Shown here: one piece after another, positions 50,601 through 62,149 of the stretch | Numbering within the stretch: the first letter of the stretch is position 1 | Layout: every line of letters begins with the position of its first letter | NCBI GenBank assembly: GCA_003344405.1 | Contig: NOWV01000125.1 | Span: 124,001-188,000, forward strand | Length of the DNA stretch: 64,000 nucleotides | Direction of reading: 5' to 3' | DNA from: Trichoplax sp. H2 | Lineage: Eukaryota | Made by a program: the position numbers and the translations under genes | The notes under the pieces: generated by a model | Database searches by the model: none | The model's input: the letters and a program-made list of their open reading frames with translations, nothing else | Told to the model about the DNA's origin: nothing

Positions 50601-52975
50601 TATCGCCGACATCATTAGTTGCATTAACGTCAGCTCCATGCTGAATTTTAAAATATTACATCATCAATAGACTATGTTAGATTAGATGTAGACATCTTAA
50701 CAGACCTTTTACCATTTATTGCATGTCTTAAATTTTAGCTTAAAAATAATTTTGTTAAAAGATATGATCGACTGAGAGATATCTATATCTCAGATTTGCT
50801 ACCTGTAATAACAACTTAATTATACTGTTGTGACCATAATAAGCAGCTAAATGAAGTGGTGTCCACCCAAGATTGTAATTATTCCTTCCTACGATCGGTC
50901 AGCAAAAAAATTGATTTGATATCTTACTATTAAGTATCTTAATATCGTTAAAATTATTTTTACTAGAAATCTCTGATATTAGGTTAAGGTTAGATCAATT
51001 CTCTTCCTATGTACCTTTGCAGTTAACATCCACAGCTTTGCCGCCTTGACTTGCATTTAATATATTCTGAAATAGAAATAAAGTCTTTCAGTAAATACCG
51101 TGGTAATTAATAACCAATTGGAACAGAAAATATGAGGCGCTTTCATCCGAGATAATAAATTACAATTTAGAGAAGTAGATATTTACTACAATATAAGGGA
51201 TTTAGACATCCATTATAAATCCTATATTTAATTCAACTTTAGCAAAACATGGGATAAAGATCTCCACTTTTTGTATCTACTGTTTGCAATGCTATCATCG
51301 ATAAGAGAACTATGAAATAAGTTGGATATCACAATTATGCCGTCTAAAATTCATTTTATTTGTCTTGCCGGAGATAAAAATTGACGACCCTTAAATTAAT
51401 GGCTTAGCTTCATATTAGCACGGAGAATATTTACTCGAGATCAATTATGCTTTTGAATGAAATAGCCAACAATAAGAAGCACCTCTTTAGTGCAATTATA
51501 ATCGTTATGAAAAGGATATAAATTTACGCAATAGCTGTGAAAAGACTGTAGTTTAATACAATATGAATATCTTTAATATGCTAATTGAAAATTTATTGAG
51601 AGAAAATTGGTATTAATCTAACTATTAAGAGAGGATGAAATATGAAAAGAGGAAGAAGAACTCTATGAGATAAAGCTAGCTACCGTAAAGATTTCTGACC
51701 TGTTCAATCCGTGATTGCAAACATCATTACTTTGAAGCTAACATATCATGTATCATTAAAAATCCACTAGAGGTAACTTAAGTTCTGTAGCAGCTAATTT
51801 TGCTTATGAGATATGGCTAGTTACTGAGAGATTTCCTGACCGATTTAATCTATAAGTTACAGGTTTCATTGGTTTAAAGTCTATCATTTATCATTACAAT
51901 ATACTTGAGGTAACTTAAGATCCGTAGCAGTTAATCTTGCAACTAGTTTCATCAAAACCGGAAAGATACCCAACGGTAGAATTTAACCGCTAAGAATAGA
52001 CTTTCGATAAACAGGTTTACAAAGTTTTATGTATGAATTAGGAAGGAGTAAATAGTATTCAAATTCGATATGAGGTGGAATAGATAATTCGAGTAGTACG
52101 ATAGTTTGGCAAGTTATAGAATTGAATTGTACTATTTCTAGTCGTTAAAACTGCCGTACTACCTAGCCGACAGCTTTAATCTCAAGACACTAAGAAGCTA
52201 TAATTAATAATAACGAAATCGAATAATAAAATGACTTGTTCTGTTCTAGAAAGAAGGTATAAATTGTTATGAAATGAAAATTAATCAAGCATTTTAAAGG
52301 TTTATCCAAATTTATGCTGGGAAAGAAGTTCTAATGTATGCTAGGGAGATCATTATTAGGATACTGATATCCTCTGTGAGCTTATTTTTTTACAAAATTA
52401 ATATAATCTCTTCGTCATAAACGACGAAAATCTCCAGGTTCAAACAGCAGGAAATTATGTTAAACCGATTATAACATGGAGGAACTTTTGTAAAGAAACA
52501 TATGCTACATTGCTGATGGAATAATCAGTAGGCTATCAGCATTGATTTATGATTTGAAAATGGAAAATCAGGATACAATTTTAAACTATAATCCTTCCTT
52601 TATATCGATTTCGAGACCTCCTATTAGATGTAGAATGCTATCTAAATGTAATTTTTAGCCTATCATAGTCAATTATTTTTACGGAATATGGGCCTTCTTC
52701 GTAAATTGCAAGAAATTATATCTGGAAATTGCTGCAATGCTACATATCACCGTCTGATGAAAGCTAAGAGATGGGACGATAAATTTAATTTTATTCCTTT
52801 ATACTTGTGTTTGTAATCGCTTCATTACCGTGCATTTCTTGGTATCTCCATTTCTAGCAGCTAAATGTAATGATTCTTCAACTTCAATGACTTTACTGGC
52901 CAATTCAGTTCCATGGTGAAGATTAGGAGTTGATCTCGTAATATCTAACGTATCTTTAGTATGCAGTCTTGACAT
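41612..52975 (-). CDS. OSBPL1A: Oxysterol-binding protein-related protein 1, long form (ankyrin repeats, PH, coiled coil, FFAT-like, ORD), multi-exon
   Basis: Ankyrin exons ([23 protein letters not shown]); PH domain ([20 protein letters not shown]); acidic FFAT-like [32 protein letters not shown]; the OSBP signature [24 protein letters not shown]-terminal CPHIYEDK*. The frame stays open 15 codons upstream of the ATG at 52975 to an AG, so the start may be further upstream. Confidence 0.93.
44612..45312. repeat. Diverged tandem duplication (~330 bp x 2) in an OSBPL1A intron
   Basis: Copies at ~44612-44938 and ~44980-45312 share collinear blocks: TTTGAAAAGTAT, GCAAATAG..GTAAAGGCTAACATA, TTTAGAAAC.TTTAATACAAGTAATTACT, TTATGCAAC.TTAACTGC and AGAGGCCAATCTA. 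Confidence 0.85.
51673..51940. repeat. Diverged tandem duplication (~135 bp x 2) in the first large OSBPL1A intron
   Basis: GCTAG.TAC.G..AGATTTC.TGACC ... TATCATTA.AA ... GAGGTAACTTAAG.TC.GTAGCAG.TAAT.TTGC at ~51673-51803 and ~51813-51940. Confidence 0.75.
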
Positions 52976-53699
52976 AGTTAATAGTTGATGGCCGTAGTTA
53001 CCTTCATTATCGACAATTTTCTAGAGAAATTGCCTTGATTTTTTAAATTAGAAGATAATAGTATTTAATTACAATATTATGAAAGCTTGCTTTACTTGAA
53101 CACAACGTTGTTATTCGAAGTAAATTTTGATGCGAATTGGTTCGGTAGCTATTTTTTAAAAATAGTGAAAGATGCAAAGCGCTAGTAATTCTTAATAGCA
53201 AATATTCAGCGATAGACCATAGTATAGTACATGATCTAAATGAATAGAGTATATGCTTGATATTTTTAATGGCCAATAGCAGTAGATTTAGGGGGATGAC
53301 AGAAAGGGAAATATAATTTATTCATGGTGATTCGCTATTTCGCTAGCTCTATTAATTCTGAATCATACCTATTGATAAACTGAAGATAGCTCTGATCTTA
53401 TAACTATTTTAGTTATCCACTACCTGCGTGTTGAATCAGTTATCCATAACACTTGAATAGGAATAATTAAATAAATTAATAGAGGTATAAATAGGCCATC
53501 ATATGTTCAGCATATGACAAAATGATGATTATGAATTACAAATTAGGCTAGTGATCTGAAATAAAAGCCATAATTTAATTATAGACAATAATTATTATTT
53601 GCTATAACGCTCGTCCAAATATATGAAACATAATTTGACAAGGTGTGTTATCGCTGGAATTGCGGAATAAACATATTATCGGGCAATAATGCTATGAAT

Positions 53700-54600
53700 A
53701 AGTTAGGAATAAGTCGATCTAGCCTTACAGAATCACAGCTTTGATCAATCTACTCTTAGAGTCATTTTGTAAGTTATGCTTGCTTTCGCTGATTCGTCGG
53801 TGAAGTAATCAATTGTAGCTCGCACAGATATCCATACAGGCTTTCTAGATATTCAGCAGATAGAAAGAAATTTGGTGTTAGCCAAGATTGAGCTGTAAAT
53901 TTTGAGTATACCCTACTTCTGGTTATTTTAGATTTAAGAGTAGCATGATACGTTGCAACCGCAAGAGCAGAATGTTGATGGATGATTTATGAGTTATTGA
54001 TGGGATTATCCTGAACGGATGCAGATATTGAAAAATGGTATTGGTCGGCCTAGAGCCTTCATCAGAAGGCATTAATTTTGAGGCAGTTGTATTTAGCCGG
54101 TATAAGAAAGGCAGACATAATGCAATTCTGTACGAATAAGTGTTGCTTGTACTTAACCGTAGATACAGGGGTTTAAAATATTTTAAAAGAAGTATGCAGT
54201 GATGAATAACCAGCGAATACATTGCAGATCAATTATAAGGCTTTAGAATTTAGAGATCTTATGCTTTAATATTAAAAAGATGTACAGATTAAAATGGACA
54301 TAATCGCTGAAAAATGTGACGATGTGGAGGAGATACAACCTTTTAGAATCAAATCCATTTATTTTCGTGTAGCGGTGGATGTATATGCGTCTAGACCGAG
54401 TTCAAAAGAAACGTCTATAACTATGAAATGGAATAATTGGGATTGGTGTTTTGTTGTAGGTGTTAAAATATGCAGGAGTCTAAAAGTGTCAATTTAATCT
54501 TTCTAAACTTTAAAGTGGTGGCAATCATTCTTTTAGGATAGAAAATAATCATGTAGGATACGAACCAAATGTACCCGAACGCTTAATATTCAACTTTAAC
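53700..54600 (+). mobile_element. Decayed Ty3/Gypsy pol fragment (RNase H end, integrase zinc finger, part of the core)
   Basis: Collinear remnants: LALQNHSF (cf. LxLQxYxF), MLAFADSS (cf. MxxADALSR), DIQQIERNLVLAKI, DDL*VIDGIILNGCR (cf. DELSVxDGIILxGxR), RQLYLAGIRKADIMQFCTNKC (cf. RxxVYWPGIxxDIxxxVxxC). No LTRs seen. Confidence 0.45.
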
Positions 54601-55752
54601 TAGTACATGAAAAAAATTATCATCTAGGTCGGTCTATTTCCTATCTGTATCTAGACTGACAAAGTAACAGTAGAATACGATACAACTGATTTAATGCTCC
54701 AATTCTTACGGCGATCAAACGTATCTTGACATATAAATATTTTAAGGCATAAAAGGGAATAGCTGTATCAAAAAATAATGCAGGAATATTAATCCGGTAA
54801 CGCGTGTATTTGCCAAATCAAAGATATTAACGTTGAGGTTAAAATGAATCAGTCTTATTGCTTTCAATCTAAAAAGTTAGGATAGTTTTGCATACTATGC
54901 AATACACACGGTGAGCATACAGTCTTCTTAGTGGAATTTGGTATGCGAAGCATTGGCATGCTACGCTGATGTTTAATTTTATATTTCATTTTCAAAATAT
55001 GTAAATAAGTTTCTAGCAATGATCAATTTAATTACTTACTATAAATATAGACTATTATGGCGAAAATAGGTTTCCAAAATAACATGCGATTAGCTTCCAA
55101 ATGGTGATTTGTGATTCATATTTTAGATACCAATAATAATAACGAAGCTATCGATATAACAATAAAGGCCAGGCCATTCATATTCCTGCTGTAAGGAACT
55201 ATTTAACGAAATTGAATGAATGGATAGACTAATAAATTGGAAAGTATTTCGATATTAAGCGAGTTATGAAAGTACGTTGATGCTATGAGATTCTATGAAT
55301 TTCTACAATAACATTATTAAGCTTACTTTAGCCAATAGCATCAACCGATTGTTGCATCTTATGGTTGGTATGGTGATGAAACAAGCACATTTTGAAGAGA
55401 AAAAATGCTACCTTAGCTTTGAGATTTAGTACAAAGAAAAGGTATCCAAATTGTAATAAGCTAGAAGGTGAGGTAAAATTTGACTATATGTATCGATAAA
55501 TAGAGAAGACATAATTGTAAAATTACGTGTTACATTCTTTTAGAATTATATCATTTACAATGAGTGTACAATCTCATTTTAAGCAAGTGCAAAACAGGCA
55601 GTAAAACTTGACTACGTATCAAGGTAAATGCAGAAAACTCAACTCTATGGACCTTGATTAATTTTTTATCATTTTAAAAATTACATCGATTAAAAGTGTA
55701 TTTATAGGCTCAGTATATTGGCAATCATTTGTACATGGACTACATGTCTCCA

Positions 55753-56986
55753 TCATTCTAGTTTTGTACGAACTCTATTCATGGACCAAATAGTAATATG
55801 AAGTAAGCTCATGAAAGCAATCCAAACAACGTACGGCAGTACCAAATAGAACGCCATCTCATTGATAGGTAGAAATAAAATTGCGCAATAGCCACTTACA
55901 CCAGTTAAGACTATAAGATTTAAAGCAGCCTACAGCAGAATATGGGAAAATAACATAGTTAGCATCAAGCTGAGACATTAAATCTGCAACCTTTTGTGTA
56001 TAAACATGACTATGCTTGTGCAGATTGCATATTACGATTATTCTGCAAACAGATAAGGGGAAATCTATATATAATTGTCAATGATTTTTCACAGAATAAG
56101 GTGTAAAACTATTACTGTAATATTATTGCATTAATCTATTGCCTGCCATTCAGTTATTTCGCCTATCAAGACTCGTGATTGCTAAAGTACTACTCAGCGA
56201 TAAAATTAGTTTTTAAGCTATAAAACGATTCATGCATTCTTGCAAGTCGATGCCCATATTGATTGCATACTAGTTATGACCGCCAGGATGGTCTATACGC
56301 GTATTACTGTCATTAAGGTAGACTTATTATTGTTATTATTTATTGTGTATTCGTAAAATAAAGTATAACTGCAATTAAAACTGGATAGAAGTTGATTGTA
56401 TGTTATCCATTTGCAAGACACCAGGAGAAAATTAAGGTATCAACCATATGATATGAGTACTTCCAATATCTATGTCATCATAAGACAAGGCAGCAAGACA
56501 GAGTTGTAATTAAGATCAATCTATTGTAACTTCTGTATTCTGGTAAAGCTAATGTATAGCCGTCCATGTAATTCGATGAAAAATTGGGTAAGCAGTCATA
56601 ATAATTATGGTTATCGTTAATTGATTACAGGATAGCAGGATAATTCACAGTGATATTACTACAAGGTGTTATCACCTTACCATTGTTAAGCTTTGGATAT
56701 TGTAATAACATAGCTGCCATGAAAGGTTGAGGAGTACAATAAGTGCATAAATGCATAATGGAAATTTAGCTGCACCTTGTAGTCCTTGGCCATCAATCCA
56801 AGTTAAGTAGGATGCAATCCCAATACAGGTGTATAAAGTTGCCCAAGTTAAGGTCGCTATCCAGAAAGATGGATTCCATTTGGGCCTTTTGACACATGCA
56901 TAAATTTCCTTTTTCTGATTCCTTGTTAAATATTGAGCAATGATTCCACTTAAATGCGGTAGTACTATTAAAGCAGCTGCAATCAT
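55753..56986 (-). CDS. Divergent translocator protein (TspO/MBR family) paralogue, 2 coding exons (56986-56681, 55929-55753)
   Basis: KRPKWNPSFW..LTWATLYTCIGIASYLTW.DG.G, then LNLSWQLCYY|AALNL...PINEMAFYLVLPYVVWIAF..LH..IWSMNR. The frame is intact with five hydrophobic segments. Confidence 0.88.
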
Positions 56987-57399
56987 TTCCGTTGAATGGT
57001 TTTGTAAAGTATTAATAACTTAAAATAGCCTCTTAATGACTATACAACAATAACGGTTCTCCAATCAAAACAAACAAGTGCTTGCTAGTTGCAATACCAT
57101 GATTGGTATGTTCAATCAGGGCGTTAAACAATAATATTGTTCATGGAATGGAAGGCTGATTGATGAGGCAGAGAATTGTTGAAGGGAATAATCAGACTCA
57201 AACTCAATTCTTGGGAATAAATACGATAGATCTTTCCACCTCTAGCCACTGTTACCTTTTACTGTAGTCAGTAGGAATGTCTTCCGAGTTGCTAAAAGCA
57301 ACTTGCTTTAGGAAAGCCTCATTCGATTTAGACGTCAATATTGTTCTGCGAACTTCAGACCTGACGGGGTCCGTACATCAGTCTGTAACTCGTTGGAGA

Positions 57400-58800
57400 G
57401 ATAGTACTGCGGCTGTGCAGTACCCGATTGAATAGTACTGAAGTACAATACTGTAGTTTCCTTTTCAGAGCCGTCTGGATTCAATCACTAGCGGAATGTG
57501 TTTCAAAAAGTACTGTAGATGGCAGTACACTGTACTGTAGAGTACAGACTCTGGTGGTATTACGACGTGGCATGCAAAATGGTTGAAGTGACCGTACATG
57601 TAACAGCGACTCATAGTTTGTATTCGAAACTTGAAAGCAATACAATTCCAGTATTGAATACTGCAATAAAAAGTAAAAAGTAATCAAAATATCAAGAGCC
57701 AATAGCTCAAGGTTGCACTGATCTGTCTGCATGGAATTGGAGGCAAATTGAAAGTCCATTTCTTCACAATTTAAAGATATAATTTAAGGCAACACTATCA
57801 TTGCTGAACGTCTTTCCATCATTTTAGAGGGCTCACCACGCCCGTGTAATAGTGGTCTTATAGAGACTTTGATCAAGAGGCTACACACCAGGAATCGATC
57901 GTTCTTTAGGGTACCATTACAGTACACAGTACAGTAGAGTAGAGTACTGTATTGTACACTGTACACGGTAGCAGACTAGAAGCTGTTAAAATTGAAATTT
58001 CTTAGAACGTGAACCCTCCTTAATTACAACTATCAAGAACTCAACTTCTTCCCTGAGCTAAAACGAAATCGACTTTAACCATCTACATGACACGAATGTA
58101 AAAAATCTTAATCACCAAAATTTGCAAGAAATTTCAATTTGAACAGCTTTTGCTATAGAGAAAATTGAAGGGATCCAAATCGATCCATACCACTAGACTA
58201 CAGTACATACTGTACAGTATAGTGTGTGTACACTGTACTGTACGGTACTGTACAGTAGTACACTGCAAAATTACACTACACGACACTCGCACAGCTTCAC
58301 AAAAGCAGCGACTTGACAAAAGTCAAGTTAACACTGAAAAAAGTGTTCTCAACTGTTCAATGTTCATATTATTAGGAAAAAACACTATGGTGTCTCATAG
58401 GGCTGGCACTGTACAGTACAATCAGGATTTATCTCTTCTTCAGTAATAAGCCCCCATAGTAAGCATGTGCTGTGTACTGTACAGTATGAACATGTTCAAA
58501 TCTCCTAGCAACTCGATGACGTAATAAAGCGAGTAGTCCAAATGTCCAATACAATGAAGCCTTTACAAAAGGTCCTCTGAAGGAGACCGGTGACGGTAAA
58601 GTACACGATCGAGTTAACGCTTGACCCCATTGAAGCCTATACAAAAAGCTGCTAGGAAGGGGACCCCTGACGCTATAGGAGTTGACGCTTGACCCTATTG
58701 ATGACGTCACTGTGACCCCTTGCATCAATAGCAAGTGTTCCCCAGTGGAGTGGTAGACTAGCGTAGACCTTTCTTGACGCAACTTTCTGAGCCCAGTTTT
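57400..58800. promoter_or_regulatory. GC-enriched putative divergent promoter region between the TSPO paralogues, with several TACTGTACAGTA-like clusters
   Basis: Motif clusters at ~57400-57546, 57917-57966, 58198-58265 and 58407-58487. A CRE-like TGACGTCA lies at ~58702 within a GC-rich stretch at 58560-58800. Confidence 0.5.
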
Positions 58801-59541
58801 GTCAAGACGAAATCACTGGAGGATTCCTACCTTAGGATCAATTCATTGAAGAAAATCGAAAAGTAATTCAACGGTAGGTAGCCAGAGTTAACGGAAAGAA
58901 TATGCAATCAATTGTAGGCAAAGAGATTTTGTTTGTTTCAGGTGGAATCAAATCTCTTGCATTTCTTGATGTTCAGAAAGCGCTCCGTTGAATCCATTGA
59001 GGATCAACTCGTTTTCTGCAGATGATCACGGAAGACTATTGAAGCTTGTTATACGGCTTTAGAAGAAATCAATCTACTGTAGAACATCTGCAAAGGAGTA
59101 GCACAGCATGATTTGATGATGGCATTATTTCTAGTTGCACTTGGCGTAATTTTAACCACGTTCCTGTTGCAGCAATGGACAAATTATTCAGGTTATCGTC
59201 CCATCTCGTTAATATCAATTTCGTCTCTGTTGCTTATTAGATTTCACGCAGCAGAAACCAACCTTGTAGGAAGTGACAAAAATAAGGTAAAGATAAAAAA
59301 TATTCAATCAATCAGTGCATTTTCCACTTCTTATGTTCTCATCGACAATTTGCATAATCGCTTCTTCATATTAATAAATTACAATTCCTTGAAATCAAAC
59401 AATCAAATGGATTACGGATCCTAGCTTGGATGATCCAGGCTGCCATGATTGAACACAGTATTAAGTACAAGGGATTGCTATAAAATTGAAAGTGTCTACA
59501 CTTTTAGTTATGCTGAATGCCGCAAGATCGACCACTATTGA

Positions 59542-59796
59542 TTAATTAAATGGGTAATAGGCCGGTAGAATTATTGGATTAATGCCGGTGCTCGCATACT
59601 TGCATACTTTAAAAATTGCAAAGTACGTAAAACAAATTATGCAAATGACTAGAAATCCAGTGGAGTAATAGCGTCTATTACGCCCATATTGGATACTGGC
59701 TCCATACTCCCTTAGTCCCTTATAATAATTATAATAGAGACGAAACAGGAAGCTACAACACAGTACATTTATACACAGGCTAGTGTTAACGTACAA
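59542..59796 (-). pseudogene. Fragment of a decayed rhodopsin-family GPCR (TM5-TM7-like)
   Basis: The ORF has a hydrophobic segment followed by YYNYYKGLR, a basic RNRR, FLVICIICFTYF and YASTGINPII (cf. TM7 NSxxNPxIY). No upstream TMs were recognised. Confidence 0.3.
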
Positions 59797-61022
59797 TCAT
59801 TCCATTTTACCCTTACTGCGGATCATGATAGACGCACATGTGTACTCTTCCTGTATGTTACAGTGGCGATATTTTTGCAGTACAGCACTACAGTATCATA
59901 AATCATCACTCATCAATTTAATTTAAAAGGCAAATCAGTTCTTCTACAGCCAGAGGAGAAATGTCTGCCGATATTGGATACACAGCTTAGCCTAGTTCGT
60001 ATAAGCCATTCCGTTTCACTAGTTAAAGTAGTGTTCAATAGCTGGCTGGGCCATTTTATCCCGGTGTTCAAACGCAAAATTCAACAATTTAGAATGTATG
60101 GATTATGCTCACCAATGCAATGATACGCTCTTAAATAAGTGGATAAATGCGATCTGATCTCACTGGAATCGATTTGAATGTTTGTATTTTATTAAAAGTG
60201 AGTTAAGTGAGAGGGATAGAAGAAAAGTTTCTTCTCCATATGTAGTATCTATACTAGACTGCGACAGTATTTATAAGTATAAATATGGTTTACCATATCT
60301 CTTATTAACCAAACTCATAAGCATTATATATACTGTAGAAATAAGAAATATCGTTAAATATCAAAAGACGGAAAAATAGGAAAATTGGCCGTCATTTACT
60401 CTATCTGCAATAGACTGCAGTATTAGTTACAAGTAGAAAAAATGTTTGATGTACAGTATACTGCATACTCGCCAACCAAATTCGTTGGTTGAAAGATTAG
60501 CGTGCTTTGTATAGTAACCGTAAACTACAATCCAAATACTTACATATACTGGTATTTTGTTATTATGAAAGTAGTAAATAGGATATGGAAGCTATATACA
60601 GGCAGTATAGTATCTATTTCTTCCCATAATTGCGATCAAATTTTTACCCTTTCTGCAAGCACCATGTTGCTGCTTTACAGCTATTCTGAAAGGAGATCTA
60701 CTTGCTAATTTTCATGACCGCAGTAGACCTTGACAGTACTTTTCATGTATATACTTTTTAACAAAGATATTGATAGCATCTGATGCTCAGAATGTTGTAA
60801 CTTAAATGCATGCAAATAATTCAATCTGGTAAAAATTATAATTATTCCAAATTTGGGAATTCATTCTTCGCAGATAATGTTATTTGTTGACACTGGTAAT
60901 AATTGTAACTTAAATGTCCTGTAATTTTACATACAATGCATATATTCGTCGTAATACAATGACGATGCACATTGTAAGGTATGACTTTCAAAAGTTCTAA
61001 TAAGTATAAAATGTTTAATAGC

Positions 61023-61751
61023 ATGTCGGACTGGAAAAAGATCGTTCTAGCAATCGCTATACCCGAAACCGTTGGCTTTTTAGGGTCTTATTTTACCAAG
61101 AAGTCCATTAATACTTGGTACAAGCATATTCGTAAGCCATCTTTTACACCGCCCAATTGGATATTTGGACCTATGTGGACACTGTTATATGCTGGCATGG
61201 GTTATGCATCCTACCTAGTTTGGCGTGATGGTGGTGGCTTCGAGGGACCAGCGTTAAAAGCCCTACAGGCTTATGAACTTAATCTTGTATTCAACGGCAT
61301 CTGGACACCATTATTTTTTGGAGCTAAGAGAATGGGACTTGTAAGTTTGCAATAATGTAAAACAATAATTAATTATATCGCTACTTTGACAACGTGAAGC
61401 AATCCATGCATACTTTAATTCTTTACCGTTGAACCTTAACATCATCAGTAATGATAGCTATAGTCAAGAATTTTGAACTGAACAAAAGCTTTAGCATTAA
61501 ATAAATGATGTACGATAATCATTTCATCATCTATCTACCGGATATAACGGTTATTATATTTTATTAAGGCTGGCATTGATATTGTAGCTACGTGGGCATC
61601 GATTGTATACTGCATCCATTTATTTACTCCAATTAATGCAACCGCTGGAAAACTAATGTGGCCTTACCTTGGTTGGGTTTCCTTTGCTAGCCTACTAAAC
61701 TTTTCTATGTGGTACTTGAATCGAAACACTCCATCAATCAAGGAAGACTAG
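61023..61751 (+). CDS. TSPO: Translocator protein TSPO (peripheral benzodiazepine receptor), 2 coding exons (61023-61340, 61569-61751)
   Basis: WYKHIRKPSFTPPNWIFGPMWTLLYAGMGYASYLVWRDGGGF, NGIWTPLFFG|AGIDI, PYLGWVSFASLLNFSMWYLNR. Confidence 0.96.
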
Positions 61752-62149
61752 ACAGTAGACTGTTAATTTTCTCAAATTACACATGCACTATTTTTGTTCT
61801 CTGTTAGACAGTAGTACATTAAATCTTTATTGGGTGTATAGTGGTTTAGCTTTATACGTATAGTATAGTACCGTAATGAATATAGTGAGAAAGTCATGTT
61901 GTGATCATGTTTTGCAATTTCTCATTATGTTTGTCACTTAACAGTTTTAATATCAGCAAGACGTTGCTAGTAAAATAAAACAACACTAAGTTTAGAACTT
62001 ATAGTTTGTACAATGTATTCATTGTTAACAGATATTGAAGAGCCTTAATTCTCGTCAACAATTGTAATTGAATGGGACAGTAGTAATGATACATTATTAA
62101 TGGAGGGTAGAATGGTGTAACAAGCCTGTGAGTGTGCTAACAACTCGAA

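Noticed and set aside
58945..59100. RT-like words AFLDVQKA and YGFRRNQST
   Set aside because: They occur in the reverse of true RT order and without a YADD-like motif, so they are probably coincidental.
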